Shown: piece after piece, positions 51,009-61,467 of the stretch
Numbering within the stretch: the first letter of the stretch is position 1
Layout of the letters: every line of letters begins with the position of its first letter
Virus genome (UHGV): UHGV-1370948
Reading direction: 5' to 3' (one strand)
DNA: 64,000 nt
From: a virus
The notes under the pieces: model-generated
Seen by the model: only the letters and a program-made list of their open reading frames with translations
Told to the model about the DNA's origin: nothing
Databases searched by the model: none
Position numbers and translations under genes: made by a program

Positions 51009-52151
51009 ATGTCATATTCAACCTTCCGTCTCGGCGCAAACGACGCGACGAAAGAACCAATGTTTCTCGGCAACTCCGTTAACGTTTCGCGCTACGACGT
51101 TCAAAAGTACCGTGAATTCGAAAAGCTGATTGAGAAACAGCTGTCATTCTTCTGGCGCCCGGAAGAGGTCGATATCTCGCAAGACCGAATCGACTACATG
51201 ACGAAATTGGCCGATCATGAGCGGCATATCTTCACCAGTAACCTGCGCTACCAGACACTATTGGACAGCGTTCAAGGCCGTAGCCCTAACGTTACGCTGC
51301 TGCCGCTGGCTTCCATCCCGGAGCTTGAAACGTGGATTGAAACCTGGGCCTTCTCCGAGACCATTCACAGCCGCAGCTACACCCATATCATTCGAGGCAT
51401 GGTTGATGATCCAAGCGAGATTTTCGACGGCATCGTAACTGATGAACAGATTATCAGCCGCGCATCGAGCGTATCGGCAGAGTACGACAAGCTTTATCAA
51501 ATGGTCTGCGCTCGCGAGCATCTCGGGGAAGATGAATTTGAGCGTCTGTACGCGTCTGAGTTCGGCGGGAAGCCATACCCGATGCAACGCCAGCTGTTCC
51601 GCACCCTCGTGTCTGTAAACGCGCTGGAAGCGATTCGTTTTTATGTCAGTTTTGCCTGCACGTTCGCGTTTGGCGAGCGAAAGCTGCTGGAAGGCAACGC
51701 GAAGATTATGCGACTGATTGCGCGTGACGAGGCGCTGCACTGCGAAGGCACTGAGCGCATGTTGCGAAATATGCGAAATGGTCGCGAAGGTTTGCTGTGG
51801 AAGCAGATCGCCGAAGAAGAAGAGCCGTTTGTCTACCAGACGATGCTCGACGTGGCCGAGCAGGAAATGCGTTGGGCTGATTATCTGTTCAAAGACGGCT
51901 CGATGATTGGTCTGAATGCGAAGATCCTGAAACAGTACGTGAAGTACCGCACAAATCTGGCGATGAAGCGACTTCATCTCAACCCTCTGTTTGACGATGT
52001 CACTTTCGATCCGCTGCCGTGGATGAACAGCTGGCTGTTCACCGACAACGTTCAGGTGGCGCCGCAGGAAACGGAGATCCCTTCGTATCTGGTGGGGCAA
52101 ATTGACGCAGCCGTTGATACATCAATGCTTGGCGGATTTGGCGATCTGTAA
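51009..52151 (+). CDS. nrdB: ribonucleoside-diphosphate reductase beta (class Ia)
   Basis: Long collinear match to E. coli NrdB recalled ([24 protein letters not shown]-terminal YLVGQID). Confidence 0.9.
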   Translation: MSYSTFRLGANDATKEPMFLGNSVNVSRYDVQKYREFEKLIEKQLSFFWRPEEVDISQDRIDYMTKLADHERHIFTSNLRYQTLLDSVQGRSPNVTLLPLASIPELETWIETWAFSETIHSRSYTHIIRGMVDDPSEIFDGIVTDEQIISRASSVSAEYDKLYQMVCAREHLGEDEFERLYASEFGGKPYPMQRQLFRTLVSVNALEAIRFYVSFACTFAFGERKLLEGNAKIMRLIARDEALHCEGTERMLRNMRNGREGLLWKQIAEEEEPFVYQTMLDVAEQEMRWADYLFKDGSMIGLNAKILKQYVKYRTNLAMKRLHLNPLFDDVTFDPLPWMNSWLFTDNVQVAPQETEIPSYLVGQIDAAVDTSMLGGFGDL

Positions 52152-52225
52152 GCCTTTTAGTTTGTTTTTGTGACCTGGTTCGCTGGGTCACAATAATCAC
52201 ATCATTCAAATGCACGGAATTAAAA

Positions 52226-53092
52226 ATGTTAAAGAAAGTATTAGAGAAATCTCGCCTGAAATCTGAAGCCAAAAATGGTGCAGAAATCGACACGCTTTAC
52301 GAGATCTACCCTGGCGGCTTCGACATTACGATGAAAATCGGCGAGATGGTGTCAGAGTTTCATGAATTATTTCAGCATCCGATCGCGGTCGACGTCACGC
52401 CTGAGCTTTTAGAACTGCGGGCTGGTCTTATCCGTGAAGAGGCTGTAGACGAAGCTGCCGAAGCCGTTGAACGCCTGGACATGGATAAGGTTCTGGACGC
52501 TATGGCCGATGGTTTATACGTTGGTATTGGCACATTGATCAGCGTGCGTGGCGGTGTGGCTAACACCATGGCCCACTTCACAAAAGAGCAGAGCGAAGAC
52601 ATTTACACCAGCTATGTTCATGCTCATAGCAAAAAGCCGCAGGAAGACATCATCCTCGGGCTATCTCAGTTTGGTGTGGCCGTAGAAGAGCTTGAAATTA
52701 TTGCGGCCAAAATCCGATCTGGGTATGCGGATACCACCAGTCTGGCCGTGGACTTGCGTGGCGCAATGAATCGCATCTACGTGGCGTCACAGATGGTTTA
52801 TCACCTGGCGGATTTGATGAATGTCCCTGTTGTTGATCTGGTGGCCGAAGTCCATCGCAGTAATATGACTAAGCTTTGGCCGGCTGACGCCGAACTGCGC
52901 ATGAAGTTGGTTGCGAAGTGCAAATACGACAAAGATGACCTGGCATTCCGTGTTGCTGAAGGTCGGGATGGCATGATCGGATATCGAATTTCTGATGGCA
53001 AGATCCTGAAATCGCCGACATATGACTCGGCGGACTTGTCCCGGTTTGTTGATATGGCAATGAACTCAATAATCGGGCGTCACTTTTTCTAA
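52226..53092 (+). CDS. hypothetical protein
   Basis: 288-aa ORF. Confidence 0.4.
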   Translation: MLKKVLEKSRLKSEAKNGAEIDTLYEIYPGGFDITMKIGEMVSEFHELFQHPIAVDVTPELLELRAGLIREEAVDEAAEAVERLDMDKVLDAMADGLYVGIGTLISVRGGVANTMAHFTKEQSEDIYTSYVHAHSKKPQEDIILGLSQFGVAVEELEIIAAKIRSGYADTTSLAVDLRGAMNRIYVASQMVYHLADLMNVPVVDLVAEVHRSNMTKLWPADAELRMKLVAKCKYDKDDLAFRVAEGRDGMIGYRISDGKILKSPTYDSADLSRFVDMAMNSIIGRHFF

Positions 53093-53195
53093 AAAAGATG
53101 AATTATGCCTTGATAAGTAAATACTTATTGATGTATATTCTTTCCCGCCTTGTATTATTTTGTTTTGCTTAAACACCACCCCGTAAGAACCTTAG

Positions 53196-53228
53196 CGGTC
53201 GGCCATTTGGTCGACCGTTTTTTTTTCT
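53196..53228 (+). terminator. rho-independent terminator
   Basis: cggtcggcc-attt-ggtcgaccg + T9. Confidence 0.65.
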
Positions 53229-53287
53229 GCAATACCTCTTGTTGTTGTGTAAAATAAGTAAATCATTACTTACCAACGAGAGACGAA

Positions 53288-54379
53288 ATGAACGAACTAT
53301 TCGAAAACGGCCTTTTGACCGATTCATCCTACGCCTGTGTTCTCGCGGAAGCCGCCTCCTCCAACATTAAGTCAGACAATCGCACTGGAACTCCTACTAT
53401 TGGCACCTGCTATGTGAATTCACAGTATCCGCTCTGGGGCGCTGCCGTTCCGCTTATCTCCGCCAAAGCCGTCAATCTGAAGCCTCTACTTGTAGAGCTT
53501 GAGTGGTATTTGAAAGGAACCGGTGATGTCTCTTTTCTGCGCGAACACAACGTAAAAATCTGGGATGCATGGGTAAAAGAAGACGGCACGCTTGGCCCGG
53601 TATATGGCAAGCAATGGCGTCGCTGGAACGATACCCGGATCGTCAATCGATATGAATTCGTTAAAAACGGTCTGGACTATCGCAAGCGCGGCTACAAAGT
53701 CGAGGGTTATCTGGGCCACGAAGAAGATCGCGTCGTTCTCTCTCGTGAAATTGACCAGTTACAGCGCATCGTCGACAAGCTGCGAAGCAACCCGACTGAT
53801 CGTCGCATGATGATGAGCGCGTGGAATGTTGGAGAACTCGAAGACATGGCACTGCCGCCGTGCCACTTCATGTATCACGTTTGGAGCCGCGAACTCGGCT
53901 TTGAAGAGCGTCTGCGCCAGGCCAATGCCATCGGTGAGGTTCATGCAAAATATCTCCACGAGTCACGCTATACGGCTCTACTGGCCGAGATTGAGCGCCG
54001 CGGCGAAGCCAGCGAAGAAATGCTGGACTCATTAAACATCCCCCGCCGTGCGCTCTGTTCGGCAATGATTCAACGTAGCGTCGATGTGTTCGTCGGTATG
54101 CCATTCAATATCGCCGGCTACGGCATCCTGACGTCTCTGATTGCTCAGATCACCAACCACATGCCGATGATGTTCTCTCACTTCGGTATGGACGTTCACG
54201 TCTACGAAAACCACATGGACGGTGTTAACGAGATGATGGATCGCGACATCCCGGAAAATTCAGACCCGGTCGTCATTTTTCCCGAGTCGTGGAAAGAGAT
54301 TGATGACTTCTGCTGGCAGGACGTTCGCATCGAAGGTTACGCGCCGCATCCGTGGATCAAAGTGCCGGTGGCTGTTTGA
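53288..54379 (+). CDS. thyA: thymidylate synthase (ThyA-type, with insertions)
   Basis: Active-site ALPPCHFMYHVW. Confidence 0.85.
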   Translation: MNELFENGLLTDSSYACVLAEAASSNIKSDNRTGTPTIGTCYVNSQYPLWGAAVPLISAKAVNLKPLLVELEWYLKGTGDVSFLREHNVKIWDAWVKEDGTLGPVYGKQWRRWNDTRIVNRYEFVKNGLDYRKRGYKVEGYLGHEEDRVVLSREIDQLQRIVDKLRSNPTDRRMMMSAWNVGELEDMALPPCHFMYHVWSRELGFEERLRQANAIGEVHAKYLHESRYTALLAEIERRGEASEEMLDSLNIPRRALCSAMIQRSVDVFVGMPFNIAGYGILTSLIAQITNHMPMMFSHFGMDVHVYENHMDGVNEMMDRDIPENSDPVVIFPESWKEIDDFCWQDVRIEGYAPHPWIKVPVAV

Positions 54380-54380
54380 T

Positions 54381-54794
54381 ATGGCTAAGGGAATGTTCGC
54401 GCTCGTGGAGCTGGATGACGTAGTCGCAGACAGCAGACACCGCGCCTCCGTAGACATTGAAAAAGACCGCATCGACATGATGTCCGGTGACGAGCTGATT
54501 TACCCAACGAGCAGGATGCTGAAAGGCTTCTATCGCTCGGGTATTGAAATCGTGCTGGTCACAACCAAACGTCTTTTGAAAGAAGAGCGGGAAGTTACCC
54601 GGGCGTGGCTTTCCGCTCACGGCGTCAGTTACGACTATTTGGTTCAGGCCGAAAGCGTGGAGCATCTGGCTCGATGGATCAAAGACAACCAGCGGGAAAA
54701 TATTTTTGTCATGGCGATTTGTGCTGGCAACAAGCTAATCAGCATGGCGAATAACCACCCGCACAAGCCTCATATTTACCAGGTTCAACGATGA
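54381..54794 (+). CDS. HAD-superfamily phosphatase/5'-deoxynucleotidase-like protein
   Basis: Motif I LVELDDVVAD (DxD); trimmed from ORF 54300..54794 to ATG after thyA stop. Confidence 0.35.
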   Translation: MAKGMFALVELDDVVADSRHRASVDIEKDRIDMMSGDELIYPTSRMLKGFYRSGIEIVLVTTKRLLKEEREVTRAWLSAHGVSYDYLVQAESVEHLARWIKDNQRENIFVMAICAGNKLISMANNHPHKPHIYQVQR

Positions 54795-55273
54795 GAATGA
54801 TAGCGGCCGTTGGCCGAAATTTTGAAATAGGCAGAGGAAATGATCTGCCTTGGAAATGCCCCGCAGAACTGAGTCTCTTCAGACAGTTGACGCATGGGTT
54901 CACCGTAATCATGGGCAGAAAAACAGCCGAGAGTCTGGGTAAGGCATTGCCGGGTCGACGCAACGTAATGCTGACACGTTCACCAGCTGTAGTGGCGCCT
55001 CAAGGCATCCAGAACGCCTCAGTCGAACGCTGTTTGCGCGAGTTCCCCAATGCGTGGGTTATCGGTGGCGCCGTCGTGTATGAGGTGATGCTTCCGCATG
55101 TGACGGAAATTTGGCTGAGCCATATCAATATTGAAGTGCCGGATGCAGACGCTTTCTTCCCGTTTGAAGCAATGCGTCAGATGGGTTTTGAAGCGGTTGA
55201 TAAGGTGAATGAATTTGCTGGTGATGAGAATTCACCATCGTTTAAACAAATTGTTTACAGGAAGTTGAAATGA
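54791..55273 (+). CDS. folA: dihydrofolate reductase
   Basis: MRMIAAVGRNFEIGRGNDLPW, VIMGRKT, GRRNVMLT. Confidence 0.85.
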   Translation: MRMIAAVGRNFEIGRGNDLPWKCPAELSLFRQLTHGFTVIMGRKTAESLGKALPGRRNVMLTRSPAVVAPQGIQNASVERCLREFPNAWVIGGAVVYEVMLPHVTEIWLSHINIEVPDADAFFPFEAMRQMGFEAVDKVNEFAGDENSPSFKQIVYRKLK

Positions 55274-55920
55274 AAATTGGCCTTTGTGGTGCGCAAGGAA
55301 CGGGTAAAACGACGCTGGCGAAAGCTTACAGTGAAGTGTCAGGTATCCCATACATCGACGCTAAAGTCGGCGATTTTCTCAACGAGATAGACGTAGATTT
55401 GTCACGAAGCGATATGCCGATTGTTGAACGGATGAAGGCGCAATTAATGGTGGCCGGCCACATCGCGAGCATAACTGAGGCGCCAGATCTCCTCAAAACC
55501 GGGTTTATTATCGACCGCACGCCTATCGACGTCATGGCGTACACCCACGACATTGCCGTTCCACACTACAAAAATGATGAGGTGCTGGAGCTGTATGCTC
55601 AGACGCATATGGTATGTATGGACGCGGTCTCGGAGAATTTTAATCTGTGTCTCATGCTGCGCCCCGGTGTCCAGCTTTCCTCGCAAGACCATTACCGAAA
55701 GCAGAGAGCCTCACTGCAGCCGTTCTACGTTAACCACATCGATATGCTCATGGTTTCGATGATCATGTCGTTTTCAACGAAAGTGGTTGCCGGCTCACTA
55801 TCTCGATTTGCGTTTATGCAGGACGACGTTGTTGACCTGAGCCTCCGCGTCGATGCCCTGGAGGACATCGTGAGAAATATCGCTTTAAATTCTGTTACGA
55901 AGCGCGAGCCTTGTCATTGA
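55270..55920 (+). CDS. P-loop NTPase (dNMP kinase/NadR-like)
   Basis: Walker A MKIGLCGAQGTGKTTLAKAY. Confidence 0.4.
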   Translation: MKIGLCGAQGTGKTTLAKAYSEVSGIPYIDAKVGDFLNEIDVDLSRSDMPIVERMKAQLMVAGHIASITEAPDLLKTGFIIDRTPIDVMAYTHDIAVPHYKNDEVLELYAQTHMVCMDAVSENFNLCLMLRPGVQLSSQDHYRKQRASLQPFYVNHIDMLMVSMIMSFSTKVVAGSLSRFAFMQDDVVDLSLRVDALEDIVRNIALNSVTKREPCH

Positions 55921-55975
55921 TATTGATCCCCTGTTCGCATGAGTCAGAATAATAAAAAAAAACAGAGGAAAGCAC

Positions 55976-56383
55976 ATGTATAGCGCTGCCGAAGAACTTG
56001 ACAGAAAAGTTTCAGAAACCCTTGTGGACATAATCAAAAAGCAGACTGGCGGTTTGATGACGACGAATGAGGCGAAAGCAGCCATTCATTCGGTGTTCTG
56101 TTCTGTCATGGGTCTGGTAGGCCCGGATGTCGCCGAACTTCTAGAAGAGGCAATGAATACGATAGAGAAGGAGCGACCGTCGCCGTTCCCTCTCTATCTG
56201 AAAACTGCCAATGGCGTTTATATCTCGGTAACGCCAGACCCTATGATCAGGAGAGTTTTCGTCAGGGTTATGGCTGGTGAATATCGAACAATGAATTACG
56301 AGTGCGAAAGCGCAAGCAGCACGATTAAAAAGGCACTTGAAGTGGTGCAGTTACTTGTCAAACAGGGTGCAAAACGACTATGA
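55976..56383 (+). CDS. hypothetical protein
   Basis: 135 aa, consensus TIR. Confidence 0.35.
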   Translation: MYSAAEELDRKVSETLVDIIKKQTGGLMTTNEAKAAIHSVFCSVMGLVGPDVAELLEEAMNTIEKERPSPFPLYLKTANGVYISVTPDPMIRRVFVRVMAGEYRTMNYECESASSTIKKALEVVQLLVKQGAKRL

Positions 56384-56922
56384 CAGTTGCAACAGGTGTG
56401 GATATTGAGACCACTGGTCTCGATGTTTACTCAGGTCATAAAATTATTGAGATCGCTCTTGTCTCATATGAGTTAGAGACCTCGCGGAAAATTCATGAAG
56501 TGTCGCTGAGGTTCAACCCACGGCGCAGCATTGACGCGAAAGCCCAGGCAGTCCACCACATCTCGCTTGAGATGCTGGCCGACTGTCCACTGTTCGAAGA
56601 TAAAGCCGCTGCGCTGGCTAAAGCATTGGCAGCGGCGGATGTGTGGGTCGCGCACAACGGTCGACAGTTCGATATCCCCTTCATCACCAAGCAAATGAGT
56701 GATTGCGGCGTAGAGCTACCGCAGCGTCCGCTGGTGGACACCATGGATGCGCGGTGGGCATGTGAGAACGGCAAGATCCCCCGATTACAGGAACTAGCCG
56801 TCGCCATGGGATTCGTCTATGACGAGGAAAAGGCGCATGGGGCGCTTTATGATACTGACCTCATGATGAAGTGTTTTATGAAGGCCAGAAACGATTACGG
56901 ATTCTTCCCAATACCTTCCTGA
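56380..56922 (+). CDS. DnaQ-like 3'-5' exonuclease (Pol III epsilon-like)
   Basis: Exo I DIETTGL, Exo II HNGRQFDIPFI, Exo III HGALYDTD. Confidence 0.75.
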   Translation: MTVATGVDIETTGLDVYSGHKIIEIALVSYELETSRKIHEVSLRFNPRRSIDAKAQAVHHISLEMLADCPLFEDKAAALAKALAAADVWVAHNGRQFDIPFITKQMSDCGVELPQRPLVDTMDARWACENGKIPRLQELAVAMGFVYDEEKAHGALYDTDLMMKCFMKARNDYGFFPIPS

Positions 56923-56935
56923 TTACCACCACACC

Positions 56936-56962
56936 AAAAAGTCGCCGCCTGGCGGCTTTTCT
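56936..56962 (+). terminator. rho-independent terminator
   Basis: gtcgccgcc-tg-gcggc + TTTTC. Confidence 0.5.
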
Positions 56963-57064
56963 TATGCCTCAAAACAAGATGTTTACCTGATTGATTTATC
57001 TTTTATGCCTGCTGTCGCATGTCAAAATAACTTCATTGAAACGATTACAACAAAGGAAAAACAC

Positions 57065-57859
57065 ATGAGCGCTACACATTCAACTAATAAAGAAAACAGC
57101 AACGCAGACCTGATCGCAATGCTGTCAGAGCTAGATGGCTTAAACCCCATTGAAGAGCACGAAGAGGTTGCGGGTGAAGTTGTTGAGGTGAAAAAACCTA
57201 CGACCTACACGACTGATGATCTGTTCAGCGAACTCTTGCCGCTGGTCTCATCTGAAAAGCCCGTCAGAAGTGAAGAAGAGGCGATACAGGAGCTTCTAAG
57301 TAATATTGATGATGAAATTAAGCCGATTGAGAAATCGATAGAAGTGGTTGAAGAGCCGGTTGAAGCTGTTGCAGCGCCAGTAGCTGAAGAACAGGCATCG
57401 GATACAAAGTCAGAACCTGAAAAGCCGAAACGCTCACCATCTTCAACCGGCGCTCGCAAAAAACGGTTCTCAATGGATCAACTTTCAGACGAAGTCATGG
57501 CTGAGCTAGGTTTTGAACGCAAAGCCTTCATGGATGCATATAATGCTTGTCCGGTAAAAGCGATGGACAAGGTGCAGAACTTTATGGCCTGGAGTCAGGG
57601 GTTGGCTGAGCTTAGCGTATATACCCAGATATCGGTCACTCATCTCATTAACGCAGGCACCAGCGATACGGCAGGATTCCGTCTGGCTATGATGAGCAAT
57701 CCAACAAAGCCATACCCTTCATCGACCGCGTCAGCGCAGGCGGGGCAGATGATGAGCATCCTTCCGGTGTTGGGGATGGCGATCAAAGATGGTAAAACGC
57801 TCACGTTGAATGAAGATTCACCGTTGGTTAAGAAATTTAGAAGAGAAATACTTTTGTGA
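57065..57859 (+). CDS. hypothetical acidic protein
   Basis: Consensus TIR at 57065. Confidence 0.4.
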   Translation: MSATHSTNKENSNADLIAMLSELDGLNPIEEHEEVAGEVVEVKKPTTYTTDDLFSELLPLVSSEKPVRSEEEAIQELLSNIDDEIKPIEKSIEVVEEPVEAVAAPVAEEQASDTKSEPEKPKRSPSSTGARKKRFSMDQLSDEVMAELGFERKAFMDAYNACPVKAMDKVQNFMAWSQGLAELSVYTQISVTHLINAGTSDTAGFRLAMMSNPTKPYPSSTASAQAGQMMSILPVLGMAIKDGKTLTLNEDSPLVKKFRREILL

Positions 57860-58111
57860 AGAAACATTATCATGCATAGCTATTTTTCGGTAAAGTTACG
57901 GTTTTGCTTATGTCTGATGCTGTGATATGTACAATTCTTTTGAAAGGAAGTTGTGTATGTTTGAAAACACAAGCGGCCGCTTTCTTACCTTGTTACATGC
58001 TTTCATGAGTTATGTTATGCTGCTTGAGGTATCATAAGGCTAAGAATCTTAAGCACTTAGTCAGTGAATTGGTTAAGTTATCTACGATTTGTGTATTAAC
58101 AAGATGGATAA

Positions 58112-58546
58112 ATGAAAATGGTTGTAAAAATGAAAAAACAAATCATCGCATCCTTGCTGCTTATGGTTGGCTTTAATGCGTCGGCAGAACCTGTTTGTCG
58201 TTACGCAGCATTTCAATTAAATGATCCTTCGACAGAAGTATTGCTTTGTAAAAATACAACTGGAAATCTAATAATAGCAAGTAGAGTAAATGGAAGGATA
58301 GATAATCATTTTTGGGGCGTTCCAGATAAACAACTGAAAAAAATAGAAAAGATAGAAAACGGCTCAAATGTAAAGGGCTATCAAGTTACTTACTATAATT
58401 TATTGAATCATAAGGTGGTTGTTTCTCTCTTAGTTAAAGATAATAATGGAAAAATAACATCTGAAATGAGAAAGGTGAATAAACAAGAACATGTGGATGA
58501 CACTATCAAAATGAATCCAAATGGTATGACATTCAATTTTTATTGA
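58112..58546 (+). CDS. secreted hypothetical protein, low GC
   Basis: Signal peptide MKKQIIASLLLMVGFNASA (likely start at 58130); AT-rich codon usage. Confidence 0.45.
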   Translation: MKMVVKMKKQIIASLLLMVGFNASAEPVCRYAAFQLNDPSTEVLLCKNTTGNLIIASRVNGRIDNHFWGVPDKQLKKIEKIENGSNVKGYQVTYYNLLNHKVVVSLLVKDNNGKITSEMRKVNKQEHVDDTIKMNPNGMTFNFY

Positions 58547-58587
58547 AATGTCGTCGATGGGCAAGCCTATTAAAGGAATGATTTTCA

Positions 58588-59673
58588 ATGAAAGAGCAAA
58601 TAGACCTAGCAATAAAAGAAGATAAGATTTTTTTTCTTGGTAAAAAATTACAAGATGATTGGTATCAGGCTTTTGCTGAGTGGTCTGATATAGCCCGGAA
58701 GGATAATAATCCTGAAGCATATTTCAATATGGCGTATTGCTATTTAACAAGCAATGGAACCAAAAAAAATATAGAGAAGGCTATTGAATATTATGAACTT
58801 GCTGGCTCATTAGGTTTAAATGAAGCCTACACTCACGCTTACAAAGCAAGAGCGGAATATATTTTCAAGGATGACATTAATGATTATATTTCTTATCTAG
58901 AATCTTTGAAAGAAAAGGGTGTTTGGAGTCATGACCCTGACGAAAAAGGGTGCAGAACTTATTTTTCTTGTGAGCACGAAGCATTGCAATTTCAGGATGT
59001 TATGATACAACTCTCACTGAGATCATCGCCTGGCGATAGAGCGGCAAAAGCTAAAGAGCTGCGGGGAAAATATAAGGCCCACTACATAAATTTGGTTTTA
59101 GATCATTTCATTGCAATATCTGAAGTTTCAGCTGAAGTGGAGTACAGAGAATCAAAAATTAGCCACCTAGAACATAAAGGAAGAATACATAAAGGCAATT
59201 CATTGTTAAGCACAAGATATTCATATAAGGTTGAATATTTGGCTAAGCTAAAAAATAATGGCAAGGGAGATGCACATTTTGATTTTACATTCCGCGCTGC
59301 GAATATGGCAGAGATGAAGGCAGCACATGACAAAGACCCACTCAATGGGTTGAACAAGCTGTATACAAAAATCTCCAATATAATGTTAAAGCCAGGGGAG
59401 CAGGTAGAGAAAATATTGGTAACTGATTTGCCAGTAAAAAACCTGAGTTCAAACTGCGTAAACTTTTCTTATGATTTTAAAAGAAATTTTGAGAGGTATT
59501 ACGTGTCAAGTAGTTATAGAGGCTATATCACCTATGATTTTGACATCAAACCTGGGAGTATTTCAGTTGTCAGAAAGGCAAGTGAAACTGAAAAATATAA
59601 GATAAAGCAATTTATAGCTTATGCGGTAGTGATCTTGGGTATCTATCTCTACATAAAGCACTTATTGGGTTGA
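58588..59673 (+). CDS. Sel1/TPR-like repeat protein with C-terminal TM anchor, low GC
   Basis: Repeated A.Y..G.G....A..YY.LAG motifs; C-terminal FIAYAVVILGIYLYIKHLLG. Confidence 0.45.
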   Translation: MKEQIDLAIKEDKIFFLGKKLQDDWYQAFAEWSDIARKDNNPEAYFNMAYCYLTSNGTKKNIEKAIEYYELAGSLGLNEAYTHAYKARAEYIFKDDINDYISYLESLKEKGVWSHDPDEKGCRTYFSCEHEALQFQDVMIQLSLRSSPGDRAAKAKELRGKYKAHYINLVLDHFIAISEVSAEVEYRESKISHLEHKGRIHKGNSLLSTRYSYKVEYLAKLKNNGKGDAHFDFTFRAANMAEMKAAHDKDPLNGLNKLYTKISNIMLKPGEQVEKILVTDLPVKNLSSNCVNFSYDFKRNFERYYVSSSYRGYITYDFDIKPGSISVVRKASETEKYKIKQFIAYAVVILGIYLYIKHLLG

Positions 59674-59872
59674 ACACTCCTAGGCCGTTCCACTACTTTG
59701 CCAGACTTTCTAAAAAGCCCCATGTGGGCTTTTTCTCTTGACTAGCACCATCGCATCACTCACCACAGAAAAACGCGATCCCGAGCGTTACAGAGAAGAT
59801 CCCGATACGCCCTCTTGTCAGTTACAATTAATCCTGTAAAATAAGTAAGCATCTACCTATTTAAGTTATCCA

Positions 59873-60505
59873 GTGAACGGTTCTCAGAAAATAAAAAACA
59901 GAGAGCGCGATGGCAATCTACGCGACCTCTGGCGAACGCCTCTGTGGTTGTTTCATGCTTTCGAAGTTTATCTCGGCATGAAGTTCCAGGTCGACGTCGC
60001 GTGCAACAAAGACAATGCGATCCTGCCTGACTTTATCGGCGTAGAACGTGACGCGCTAAAGTCCAGCTGGTGCGAAGCCGGTACAATCGCATTCCTCAAC
60101 CCGCCCTACTCCAAAATCAAACCATGGATAGACGCCGCGGCGCGTGAACAGGTCAATGGTGTTACAACTGTCATGCTGGTTCCTCAGTCCCTCGACACTC
60201 AGTGGTATCTGGACGTTAAGCGCAGCGCGAATCAGACCGTACTTATTGTTGGCGGTCGCGTCGCTTTTATGGAGCCAGATACAACGCTGGGATTGGTTGA
60301 AGTTCGCGAGAATACTGGCGGTAGCATGTTGCTGGTCTTCCGGGGCTTCTATGGCGCTGCTGGACACCAGACGACGGAGATCGACATCGGCGTGATGAAA
60401 TTGTTGGGTGGCTATGATCCACTAACGGCGAAACGGAAGCCACGTAAGAAGCCTGTTAAGAAAGCATCTCCACCCCTTAATAAAAAGACTTTAAAAGCGC
60501 TTTAA
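59873..60505 (+). CDS. dam: phage-type DNA N6-adenine methyltransferase (Dam family)
   Basis: DLWRTP N-terminal motif, catalytic FLNPPYS; GTG start. Confidence 0.7.
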   Translation: MNGSQKIKNRERDGNLRDLWRTPLWLFHAFEVYLGMKFQVDVACNKDNAILPDFIGVERDALKSSWCEAGTIAFLNPPYSKIKPWIDAAAREQVNGVTTVMLVPQSLDTQWYLDVKRSANQTVLIVGGRVAFMEPDTTLGLVEVRENTGGSMLLVFRGFYGAAGHQTTEIDIGVMKLLGGYDPLTAKRKPRKKPVKKASPPLNKKTLKAL

Positions 60506-60538
60506 ATAATATACAGAGCCAGGCTTATTTAAGAGATT

Positions 60539-60569
60539 CAGGCACTTGCGTGCCTTAATCTCTCTTTTG
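60539..60569 (+). terminator. rho-independent terminator inside repeated module (copy B)
   Basis: caggcac-ttgc-gtgcctt + T-rich; homologous to 4621-4648 with compensatory stem changes. Confidence 0.5.
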
Positions 60570-60661
60570 TCTGGAGTGTATTCAAAAGAACCTCAAACAC
60601 CAGCTTTGTAGCCTGTTTAATGGCTTTAAGATGGCTTTAACAAAACGAAAAGGATCGCAAA

Positions 60662-60886
60662 ATGACTTATGAAACAAACATCGTCGCCCTGGCGGAGAAC
60701 GAATTTCTGGACAACACTCGGAAGCTGATGGAGAAGCGAGATACGGCCTTTAGTCTTTATCAATGGGTCGTTGATAGTCTGCGTGAAGGAAAACACACTG
60801 AAGAGATTGGGATGCTGGTTGGCGACCTGATTAACTCAAACTTTGCTCTTGAGGTGCAGCTCAAGGGTCGTTCTGAGGCTCGATGA
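60662..60886 (+). CDS. hypothetical protein
   Basis: 74-aa ORF. Confidence 0.35.
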   Translation: MTYETNIVALAENEFLDNTRKLMEKRDTAFSLYQWVVDSLREGKHTEEIGMLVGDLINSNFALEVQLKGRSEAR

Positions 60887-60936
60887 TAAGTAATTATTTA
60901 CTTATAAATATCTGGCATGTATCATTGCTGGGCTAC

Positions 60937-60966
60937 CAATGGTAGCCCAAATTTTTTAGCAGCCAA
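60937..60966 (+). terminator. rho-independent terminator
   Basis: gggctacc-aat-ggtagccc + aaaTTTTTT. Confidence 0.6.
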
Positions 60967-61365
60967 GCTAACACAAAATGGCAACGACACCAGTCTCTCG
61001 GTGAGAAACGGTCGGGACTGGTGGAGCAGTAAAGAACCTTGAGCAAGCGCTCTTGGGAAGGCCCAGACGGGATTTGTAGCATAGGGTCTGTATTGCCGGT
61101 GTGGACGCGAAGTGGTAACTCGCGTCGGTTGAGGGCAAAAGCTACAGGGCTGTGAGACAGGGGGAGCGACTTAGATACCTGACTCACAGAATAAAAGCTC
61201 AACCATTAAATTCTAAGAGGAACCTATACGAGTAAGCCCTTTCCACGAGAATGAAAGTGCTTACCAGTAGGGGGAGTTGCTGGACTTACGCCTAACTTTT
61301 TCGATTAAAAAGACACTGATTCGACCGAACCGTTAAACAATATGGGTCGAAGTTTTTTTAACGAA
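60966..61365 (+). ncRNA. candidate structured non-coding RNA (ORF-free, multiple stable hairpins, terminal hairpin+T-run at ~61323-61365)
   Basis: No plausible ORF on either strand; nested hairpins gacgcga..tcgcgtc, gtaagc-ctttc..gaaag-gcttac, ttcgacc..ggtcgaa+T7. Confidence 0.3.
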
Positions 61366-61467
61366 ATCGTTAGGATAAGTATGTCCAGCAGCCCCTACCG
61401 AGAAGATTAAAAACATCAGCGAAACGGCGAAACAGAGAAGCGTAAGGCAACGAACTGGAAAGGCGAA

